A DNA stretch of 36,380 nt from a virus (Duplodnaviria; Caudoviricetes), in the IMG/VR virus record IMGVR_UViG_3300028396_000020, positions 1 through 36,380 of that record, one strand, 5' to 3'. The position numbers and the translations under genes are program-made. Below, piece by piece: positions 24,618 through 32,214 of this stretch. Within the stretch, counting starts at the first letter, position 1. Every line of letters begins with the position of its first letter. Under the pieces are notes generated by a model. It was not told where the DNA came from, ran no database searches, and was given only the letters and a program-made list of their open reading frames with translations.

Positions 24618-24938
24618 TTATTGTTTTAAATTATATAATTCTGTTATAGTACAATCTCTCGCTTCTGTATCTCCACCTGCTAATACTACACGAGCAGCGT
24701 AAGCGTCAAATAACTGACGGCCTACATTAGCTATAGGAGAATTGTTTATTTCATTTGCGACACAATCATAAGACTCTATGGTAGCACCATCCGCAAGAAC
24801 CCTTGTCCCAAAGCCTTCATATCCAGAATAAACAGAACTACCAGAGTATCCACCTCTTACATATAGGTATTTAGGCTGCACATTAACCTGCACAGCATCC
24901 TTCATATATCCCGTTCCGTTATTCAGTAAATAACCCAT
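24618..24938 (-). CDS. Small structural protein with two RVxADGG-type repeats
   Basis: Paralogous to 24085-24348. Confidence 0.6.
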   Translation of the reverse strand: MGYLLNNGTGYMKDAVQVNVQPKYLYVRGGYSGSSVYSGYEGFGTRVLADGATIESYDCVANEINNSPIANVGRQLFDAYAARVVLAGGDTEARDCTITELYNLKQ

Positions 24939-25465
24939 TAATCAAAAATGGTTTGGTCGCTGAATACCGATTTGTCATTGATTGCCAAAGAAGCAATACC
25001 ACTTTCGGTATTTAGTGTTATGTTGACGTAAGACTTCTCACCAGTACCTGTACCGCTGTTAGCCTCATAGTTCATCGTTAAGCCATCCATCCATCCACTG
25101 ATAGTCACAGTGTCGTTGTTGTGTAAGAGAACGCAGCAGATGTCCTCTCTGCGGCTCATAAGGTCTATTTGATTTACCTTATTATCTACAGCAGGAGTTT
25201 GGATAGTAATATCAGTAGCAACAACACCTAATCCATTAGAGGTGTTCTTGTTCTCTGTAAAAGTTGTAGTTCCGTCCTTTGGGTTATGCTCAAAGGATAC
25301 AGCGTTTAGTGTGTCTACTTGTGTTACCTGTGTCTCATCAAGAGGGTTAAAGGTAATAGTCAAGTCTTTTTGTAATAATAGGACAGCTTTCTTGATACCC
25401 CCTGTAACTCTTTTGTTACAATTGATATCAATATCGCTTAATAAGATGCTACAATTGAAAGCCAT
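24938..25465 (-). CDS. Tail tube-like protein (paralog 2)
   Basis: C...DI.INC...TGGIK N-terminus and SGTG.GEKS...ITL..E C-terminus shared with 25533-26069. Confidence 0.65.
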   Translation of the reverse strand: MAFNCSILLSDIDINCNKRVTGGIKKAVLLLQKDLTITFNPLDETQVTQVDTLNAVSFEHNPKDGTTTFTENKNTSNGLGVVATDITIQTPAVDNKVNQIDLMSRREDICCVLLHNNDTVTISGWMDGLTMNYEANSGTGTGEKSYVNITLNTESGIASLAINDKSVFSDQTIFD

Positions 25466-25476
25466 ATATTTTTAAA

Positions 25477-25509
25477 TAAAAAGGGGAGAGGATTGCTCCA
25501 CTCCCCCTT
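25477..25509 (-). terminator. Intrinsic terminator between the tail-tube paralogs
   Basis: Minus strand reads AAGGGGGAGTGGA-GCAA-TCCTCTCCCCTTTTTATT. Confidence 0.7.
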
Positions 25510-25512
25510 GTG

Positions 25513-25523
25513 TTAATTTACAA
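25513..25523 (-). promoter_or_regulatory. Candidate late promoter TTGTAAATTAA
   Basis: Exact intergenic motif 3 nt before the terminator stem. Confidence 0.65.
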
Positions 25524-25532
25524 GATTTGCTA

Positions 25533-26069
25533 TTATGCAGTGATGTCACCAAATAATGAATCAGTAATTGAATAAGACAATCCAGCTTCCTCACCTGTTA
25601 GAGTTAATTGGAAACGGTTCTTTTCAGAACGACCAGTTCCAGAGTTACCATCAATGGTAGAAACATATAGACCGAAATCTAAACCACATACGTGGTGAGT
25701 TCCAGCAGCAGTCTTAACGAAAGCTACTAATTCTGGTGCGCCATTAGACATTTGGTCTAAAGCAGTGATACGAGTAGCATCCATCTTTGGAAATTCTGCG
25801 GAGATAGTTGGAACAGTAGAGAAAGTTCCGTCAGCGTTAGCGGTCTTAACTTCAGAGAATACAGAGAATCCATCTTTCAAGTTGAAAGAGAATTGAACTA
25901 CATCAGAAGCAGCACCACTAACAGCAGATATTACACGAGTAGAATCATCTTTGGTAGTGATAGCAGTAAGAGCAGCAGCACGTGAAGCCACGTGAAGTTC
26001 TACAATACCACCAATACCTAAATCATCACATCCGTAATCAATATCAGCAAGAGTTACAGTACAAGCCAT
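25533..26069 (-). CDS. Major tail tube protein (paralog 1)
   Basis: 178 aa after the capsid gene; MAC....DI.YGC...IGGI and SGTGRSEKNRFQLTLTGEE motifs. Confidence 0.7.
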   Translation of the reverse strand: MACTVTLADIDYGCDDLGIGGIVELHVASRAAALTAITTKDDSTRVISAVSGAASDVVQFSFNLKDGFSVFSEVKTANADGTFSTVPTISAEFPKMDATRITALDQMSNGAPELVAFVKTAAGTHHVCGLDFGLYVSTIDGNSGTGRSEKNRFQLTLTGEEAGLSYSITDSLFGDITA

Positions 26070-26082
26070 TTTTTATAGGGTA

Positions 26083-26107
26083 TTAAAGGAAGGCCCGAAG
26101 GCCTTCC
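26083..26107 (-). terminator. UUCG-tetraloop hairpin after the capsid gene (weak terminator or stabiliser)
   Basis: Minus strand reads GGAAGGCC-TTCG-GGCCTTCC-TTTAA. Confidence 0.7.
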
Positions 26108-26123
26108 GTTATTATTTAATTAA

Positions 26124-27017
26124 TTATGCGAAGTTTTTCGCGTAGACAATCTCTTCACCTTTCAAGTAAGAGAAACCTAACTTGAACTGTCCCCAGATTT
26201 TATCAGAAGACAATTCAGCTTCGTACTTCATATCAATTGCGCGAACGTCATTGTACTCATCAGTCAACATTACGATGTTCTGTGCAGCAGCAATCATAAA
26301 TTCGTTAGCAGGCATAGATGGGAAGTGAATAACTTCCATACCGTAGTAGTTCGGTACACCACCTTCTACAACACCTTGTGGAGTAGTAGTGTAAAGACCA
26401 GCGATAGCGATTTGGTAGTGTTGCATAGCAGCAGTTCCCAAGAAGATAGCAGGTTTGAAATCACGGTCAGCGTCTCCGTAAACAGCAGCTAACATTACGT
26501 CACTCATTGTTTCGTAAGCACCTTCTAATTTGTCAAGGATGTTAGCAGAAGTTAATACAGCATCAGTGTCAAAGTCTAATACAGAAGCATCAGCAGCCAT
26601 TTCAGTAGTCAATGCAGTACCTGCAACAGTCAATGCTTTTTCAGCAGACAATTTTGCGAAGTAGTCAAATACCCAATCCTTGAACTCTGCGTCCATAGTC
26701 TCTGGGTTGTTCTGACCTTTCTTCAAAAGAAGACCACGGTAAGAAGACTCAAGAGCGTTTTTACAGTTTAAGAAAGACCACTTGTAAGTAGTTACAGTCA
26801 TTTCTTTTTCTCCGATTGTAGCAGCAGAGTTGCCGTCAAACACACAAAGGTCTGAACCGAAAGATAATGTAGCGTCAAAGATTGGTACGTTTACTTTAGC
26901 TTTAACACCATCTACAAGACGGAAACGGTTTAATACCGCTGCCGATTTTACCATAGTATCAATGAAGAGGTCTGGACGTCTGTCACCGTATGGCAAGTTT
27001 GATATTACTATACTCAT
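26124..27017 (-). CDS. Major capsid protein
   Basis: 297 aa following the protease/scaffold gene; strongly biased codon usage; followed by a hairpin. Confidence 0.8.
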   Translation of the reverse strand: MSIVISNLPYGDRRPDLFIDTMVKSAAVLNRFRLVDGVKAKVNVPIFDATLSFGSDLCVFDGNSAATIGEKEMTVTTYKWSFLNCKNALESSYRGLLLKKGQNNPETMDAEFKDWVFDYFAKLSAEKALTVAGTALTTEMAADASVLDFDTDAVLTSANILDKLEGAYETMSDVMLAAVYGDADRDFKPAIFLGTAAMQHYQIAIAGLYTTTPQGVVEGGVPNYYGMEVIHFPSMPANEFMIAAAQNIVMLTDEYNDVRAIDMKYEAELSSDKIWGQFKLGFSYLKGEEIVYAKNFA

Positions 27018-27046
27018 TTTATTTTAATTTAAGAGGATTCGTTTAA

Positions 27047-27057
27047 TTAATTTACAA
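27047..27057 (-). promoter_or_regulatory. Candidate late promoter TTGTAAATTAA
   Basis: Exact intergenic motif 29 nt upstream of the capsid ATG. Confidence 0.7.
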
Positions 27058-27060
27058 TAA

Positions 27061-28113
27061 TTACTTGCGGTTAAAGAAGTTGTTAATCATATCCACTTTT
27101 TCAGAAGTGATACCATTAAAAACTACTGTCTTGTCTTCTACTGTCTCTTGAACTTCTTCAGCCTTTTGTTCAGCAGCAAATTGCTCCTCAACTTCCAACT
27201 CGTTAGCTTCTTCTTCAGCAGTAAATTCTTCAGAGACTTCCTCGGCAACTTCTTCAGTAGCTTCGTACTTGTCATCCTTCATTTCTTCTTTCTCTTCCTC
27301 CTCTTTGTGTTCGGGAGTATGAGCCAATTCTTCCTCATCTTCTTCTACAGCAGAGTTCTCTTCTTGAGACTCACCCATAGATGCGATGTGCTTTTGAATC
27401 ATTTCAATGGCTTCCTTTAAATCAGAAACACCAGCGAACTTATCTTCAAAAGATGTCACAGCTTCAAGGAGCGAGTTGTTCTCGTTCTCCAAAGCTTCAA
27501 TTCTTGCTTCGTACTTGTTAGTCATCGTCTCAAATTGAGCCTCCAACTTACCAAGTTCTTTGCCAAAACTAAATTCGTTCATTTGTTCTTCGTTATTAAT
27601 TGTTGGTTTAATATCTGCCTTAATCTCAATAGAGAAACCATTTATCTCTCCATTTTCAATTGCAGTAAATAATTCGTCAGACTCAATCTTTGCCTTCACG
27701 AATACGGTTCCGTTTGGTAGTTTATAACCATAGTCCACAGACTTATCGTTATCACTCTCTTTAGTCCAAACTTCAAGCATCACTACATCGTCAGTATCGT
27801 TCTGATGGTTAATGCCAAATGCGTTAAATAACCCTTCTTTAGAATACTTGTACATAATCTCTTGGATTGTCTCCGCAGTGAAGCGTACATAGTAGTATCC
27901 CATTTCGGGTGAGAATCGTAGGATTTCCTTGTTAGGAATCATAATAGGTCCTACAACCTCTTTCTTCTTTTCATCAGCAAACATCTGTACCTTCTCTACT
28001 TCGTTGAAGTGGATGAAGTCTTCCTCAATAGCGGGCTTATCTACAAGAGAAATCTTGTACATCCCTTGAGCGATGTCTTCTAATGATATATCAAATAATG
28101 GTAAGTTATCCAT
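27061..28113 (-). CDS. Prohead serine protease (XkdF-like) fused to an acidic scaffold
   Basis: ISLVDKPAIEEDF, GPIMIPNK.I.R, NH, LP.GT and GFSIE motifs; E-rich coiled-coil C-terminus; start ATG 28113. Confidence 0.85.
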   Translation of the reverse strand: MDNLPLFDISLEDIAQGMYKISLVDKPAIEEDFIHFNEVEKVQMFADEKKKEVVGPIMIPNKEILRFSPEMGYYYVRFTAETIQEIMYKYSKEGLFNAFGINHQNDTDDVVMLEVWTKESDNDKSVDYGYKLPNGTVFVKAKIESDELFTAIENGEINGFSIEIKADIKPTINNEEQMNEFSFGKELGKLEAQFETMTNKYEARIEALENENNSLLEAVTSFEDKFAGVSDLKEAIEMIQKHIASMGESQEENSAVEEDEEELAHTPEHKEEEEKEEMKDDKYEATEEVAEEVSEEFTAEEEANELEVEEQFAAEQKAEEVQETVEDKTVVFNGITSEKVDMINNFFNRK

Positions 28114-28882
28114 TCTTCTTTGCTTTTTTATGCCACTTTGGTAGCAGGTCGTTATCTTGTACATACTTTGGATTAGACGGTCTTCCGTTCTTTACCAAGT
28201 ACATAAATGCGTTTAGTCGGGCAAGTCCCCATTGTGTAGCACTTGTAACCTTTGGTGAGTGTCCTGTATTGAATGCACCCATACCACGAAGTACAACACG
28301 CTTTGCAGCTCCCATACCCACTTTCTTATCGGGGTACTTCTCGTTGTAAGCGTCTACCTTATTCTTTATAGACTTAAGAACTTTTTCAGATAGCTTTCCA
28401 CCTTTTCCAACACCTTTAGGATTCTTGTTAGGAGTATCGCTTTTAGGTGCTTTGGGAGATTTCTTAATGCTTCCATCCTTTCCTTGTGTAGCATAATCAT
28501 CCTTGACTTTACGGTCACCCCACGGGACGTCAGCCACATCAACACTTGCCTTAACTGTTCCGTTTCGTATGCTTTCAGCTTTTCTAATTGCCCAGTTAAC
28601 ACCGCTTGTTCCTCCCCAACCAAGCCAAGCCACATAGCCTCTATCTTTCCAAGGCGTGTTCTTATATTTAGGGTCAATCGCAGCATTCTTTCTATGGCGA
28701 TTAAAAGCAGCCATTCTCGCAATAGTTTCATACGATAGTTTTCTTTTTGATGCTAATTGGTTTGCACGAGTCCAGCCCACAGAGGTCATTCCCTTAACTT
28801 CTTTTCCGTACTTCTTCTTCCACTCAAGAACTTTCTTGGCGTTGTTAGTAGCAGATTGTGGGTAGTCGTTGTATGTAGCCAT
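28106..28882 (-). CDS. Basic two-domain head-associated hypothetical protein
   Basis: YNDYP...GWTRANQLA...RMAAF.RH...AWLGWGG domain plus RGMGAF...QWGLARLNAF domain. Confidence 0.6.
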   Translation of the reverse strand: MATYNDYPQSATNNAKKVLEWKKKYGKEVKGMTSVGWTRANQLASKRKLSYETIARMAAFNRHRKNAAIDPKYKNTPWKDRGYVAWLGWGGTSGVNWAIRKAESIRNGTVKASVDVADVPWGDRKVKDDYATQGKDGSIKKSPKAPKSDTPNKNPKGVGKGGKLSEKVLKSIKNKVDAYNEKYPDKKVGMGAAKRVVLRGMGAFNTGHSPKVTSATQWGLARLNAFMYLVKNGRPSNPKYVQDNDLLPKWHKKAKKNG

Positions 28883-28920
28883 AAACTTTTTAAAGTGGTG
28901 GCGCAGTATAAGCCATCAAA

Positions 28921-28931
28921 TTAATTTACAA
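28921..28931 (-). promoter_or_regulatory. Candidate late promoter TTGTAAATTAA
   Basis: Exact intergenic motif at the start of the head module. Confidence 0.7.
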
Positions 28932-31646
28932 TTATTGTAATATCCCTTCTATAGTAATGTAAGCAAAATCATCGTACACTTCACCGCTTGCGCTCTTAAC
29001 GAGTATTCCACCAGAGGTTATTCTTGTAGCCGTTAAGGTCTGTAAGAAGAAGTCTAATGAAGCGAGGTTAGAGGTAGGCACAACCATATCAAACTCTATG
29101 CGAGGGTTCTCACTCTGTATAATCTTTTCAGACGTAGCAAAGATGTCATCGTAGGTATCCGTTGTATCCCCGTTTTCATCTTCAAACATAAGGCTCCACC
29201 CTGCTGTGTTATAAGGGAACAATCTTCCGTTAAATGTGTGTTGTGTAGAAACGTCTATGTATATACGCTCTGTTTCTGTAATCATCTGACCGCTTTGGTC
29301 ATTTCCTTTTAGTTTTATAAAAGGCTTTTTTAGATTACTTGCAAATAAAGGCTTGTCTAAATACGCAAATCTTAAACCTACATCTTTATTCTTTGTGAAT
29401 ATATTAGGAGTAAATCCAAGTTCTTTTTCGCTAAACGCTCCGTTCTGAAAGTTTTGGTTACTATCCATATCAGAGGCATCTGGACCACAAACAGAACGAT
29501 AGTATATAGAAGAATTGAGGTCAAACTTAATCTCTACGATACCTTCTGGATTAATCTCCTGTAGAGTAGAACCAATAGTTACACCATCGTTATTTAAATC
29601 GTCAAAGTATAAATTATAATCTTTGTTGTTTATCTCAAGTAATTTGACCTTATCTCCTCCATTACTAATCTTTATAGACTTTAAATCGTCTATTAGACTA
29701 TTTATGTTTTGGCTACCCGTTCTTACAATTGATAGGGGGTCTATGCGAAGGACGTGAGTGTGTAGCGCAGGGTCGGGGTCAGAGTCATCAAACTCATAGA
29801 ACAAACCACAGTCAAATCTTTTTAGAAGTGCTGTAAGTATTTCCGATACATTTAAAGGACAAGTTTGGTTTATAGAGTCACTAATTACAAACTCATCTGT
29901 AAGCTCATACAAAAGAGTATCAGCATTAGAATTGAACTTTATATTAAGCTCACCATAATTGTCTATTCTTGTTACAAGTTTTCTTAATTGACCTACGCTG
30001 AATAAAGCCAAGTTGAACGCATCTGCTTCAGCGGGATTGTTACCGCTATAATTTGTCGCATAATTAATTTCAAGACTACCGTCAAAAGGCTCAATAAAAT
30101 AGTTTACACCGTACCTGCTTCCGCCATTAATAAACATTTCTTGGTCTTGAGGCATATATGCCGTAAAGTCCTCAAATAACAAAGTGTCATTAAAAATAGT
30201 ACCGTGAGGAAGTATTGCGCCTGTGCCGCCTGTTGTACTATCGTCACATTCAAAATAGTCAAAAGGTGCTTGATTACTGTTTTTGTTTGAATTACCTTGC
30301 TGAACAGACATAACATTACTCATATCCAAAATCAGTTCATCGCCTTGTGAGTCCTGCAAAGCTATTTTCTTTGACATAAAACCATCCTCGTATACACCTA
30401 TGTATACTTTGAATCTCATATCAGAAGGTGAATTTATTGTAATGCCTTCAACGAGACCGTCTTCACCAGCTATAGGTATCTCTAATTTTGGTCTTTCTAT
30501 AGTCAAAGATGTTGCACCAGAGTTAAGCCTTATATCCGCATTAAAAGATACTTTAGGACAAAAGAAGCCTCGTATACCATCAAAGAAATAATCTCCTTGG
30601 TCATCTAAATCAGCAGGGTAGAAACCCATTCTTTTTTCAGCTCCCCAGTCTTGAGTGTCATATAATGGATTGCCTTCAGCATCAGTCCCGTAATTACCCG
30701 CAGTTTCCATATTGCCAAACCACTGGGTGTGTATCTGTTTTTTGTTTCCATTAAGGTCTTCACAGGAGTTTAAAGACTGATTTGTACCCGACCAAGCAGG
30801 TGCTTGTCTAACAAAGAAGTTTCTTCTGTTTACATCCTCTTTTGCAAGAAGCTGTGATGGTATAACCATATGCAACTTCTCCGCTTGGAAATCAGCAAAC
30901 GCTGGTGTAGAAGCATAGGCTCCTAACTCAAATAACTTTGAGTCTACCCGAAGTGGGAAGGCAGCAGAGCTTATGTATGCTGTTAAATATTGTAAAAATC
31001 CCTTTACAGAAAACACAGGCATAATACCTGTTCTATCAATACCTGTTCCGTACTCAAGGAACTGCCTTGCGCCATATCCGAACTTACCATCTACATCATT
31101 ACAAAAGTCAATGTATGGGAACGAGATAGGACGAGTATAGTCTGGGTTTACTCCTCTTGTTCCTGCCTCACCACCGAAAGCAACAAGCTTTTTAAAATCT
31201 TGAAAAGTATGTCGTGTTGTGTAATAGTTGTCCGTATATAGCTCACCAAGTTTGGTGTCCTTAACTTGAGCAAGATACTTTGACAAGTAGTCTTTTAGTT
31301 CTACCTCTATATAAGATTGTGCTGAATTGTATTCAAAAGAAACAACATTAAGTATACCCGCTATCTCTGTTGAGCTGCTTCCGTATACCGTAATCTTAAA
31401 GTAGAAGTCATCCTTTGGAAAGTCTAATGCAGGAGATGTTATAGGTTCAAAGTCAAACCTATTAGATGCCTTGTTGTTAGTTGTTAGCGGTATACGAAGT
31501 TTAGTGTAGAAAGGTAGCTTAACCTTATCAATCTCTACGCTGTCGTAGAAATCTAAATCATATTCCAATTGTTGCTCTGGAAACAGTTCAACATCATAAT
31601 AGCTATTGGCCAAGTTGGTCCTGCTAATCTCTAACTTAAACTCCAT
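28932..31646 (-). CDS. Large tail tip/hub structural protein
   Basis: 904-aa acidic ORF two genes downstream of the tape measure. Confidence 0.65.
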   Translation of the reverse strand: MEFKLEISRTNLANSYYDVELFPEQQLEYDLDFYDSVEIDKVKLPFYTKLRIPLTTNNKASNRFDFEPITSPALDFPKDDFYFKITVYGSSSTEIAGILNVVSFEYNSAQSYIEVELKDYLSKYLAQVKDTKLGELYTDNYYTTRHTFQDFKKLVAFGGEAGTRGVNPDYTRPISFPYIDFCNDVDGKFGYGARQFLEYGTGIDRTGIMPVFSVKGFLQYLTAYISSAAFPLRVDSKLFELGAYASTPAFADFQAEKLHMVIPSQLLAKEDVNRRNFFVRQAPAWSGTNQSLNSCEDLNGNKKQIHTQWFGNMETAGNYGTDAEGNPLYDTQDWGAEKRMGFYPADLDDQGDYFFDGIRGFFCPKVSFNADIRLNSGATSLTIERPKLEIPIAGEDGLVEGITINSPSDMRFKVYIGVYEDGFMSKKIALQDSQGDELILDMSNVMSVQQGNSNKNSNQAPFDYFECDDSTTGGTGAILPHGTIFNDTLLFEDFTAYMPQDQEMFINGGSRYGVNYFIEPFDGSLEINYATNYSGNNPAEADAFNLALFSVGQLRKLVTRIDNYGELNIKFNSNADTLLYELTDEFVISDSINQTCPLNVSEILTALLKRFDCGLFYEFDDSDPDPALHTHVLRIDPLSIVRTGSQNINSLIDDLKSIKISNGGDKVKLLEINNKDYNLYFDDLNNDGVTIGSTLQEINPEGIVEIKFDLNSSIYYRSVCGPDASDMDSNQNFQNGAFSEKELGFTPNIFTKNKDVGLRFAYLDKPLFASNLKKPFIKLKGNDQSGQMITETERIYIDVSTQHTFNGRLFPYNTAGWSLMFEDENGDTTDTYDDIFATSEKIIQSENPRIEFDMVVPTSNLASLDFFLQTLTATRITSGGILVKSASGEVYDDFAYITIEGILQ

Positions 31647-31647
31647 A

Positions 31648-32214
31648 TTAACGAGTTGCGATATTAAATTCTAATGAAGACTTAAACTTGTTGTTTAGTG
31701 TATCTAACGATATGTCCGACAATCCTACACCATACGCCTTGCTGTCACATAGGTCTGCAAAGGCAACATCGGAAGATGTTATTACAGGTGATGCTCCGCC
31801 AAAGTATGTATCTCTTTTAGTAGGTATAATTAGAGAGTAGGATATATTTGATGTGTATTGATTATAAGCCTTTGAATACAATCCGTTCTCTACATCCACA
31901 CCTATTCTATATACGCTTGTTTCGTATACATCTGTATTGTTGTATTTAAATACAGTCCCCGAAAAGTTGGTCAAATCCACAGGGTATATGTCTTTATCAA
32001 ATGTTATTTCACCTGTATTGAAATCCGTACATACACCGTAGATTGCCTTTTCATAAACATCGGTGTAAACTATCTTTACAACGTCTCTATTTCCGACAGT
32101 ACCAATAGCACCCGCTGTCGCTCTGACAACATTATCAGCAGACTTCAGAAACGCTATTCCGTTATACTGTGGGTCAGTTCCTTGTGTGAATTTTCTAAAT
32201 ACTAAATCAGCCAT
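31648..32214 (-). CDS. Putative distal tail protein
   Basis: 188-aa ORF coupled to the tape measure gene. Confidence 0.5.
   Translation of the reverse strand: MADLVFRKFTQGTDPQYNGIAFLKSADNVVRATAGAIGTVGNRDVVKIVYTDVYEKAIYGVCTDFNTGEITFDKDIYPVDLTNFSGTVFKYNNTDVYETSVYRIGVDVENGLYSKAYNQYTSNISYSLIIPTKRDTYFGGASPVITSSDVAFADLCDSKAYGVGLSDISLDTLNNKFKSSLEFNIATR

Noticed and set aside
27150-27400. Low-complexity TTC-rich stretch as a DNA repeat
   Set aside because: Explained by the Glu-rich scaffold domain of the protease gene.
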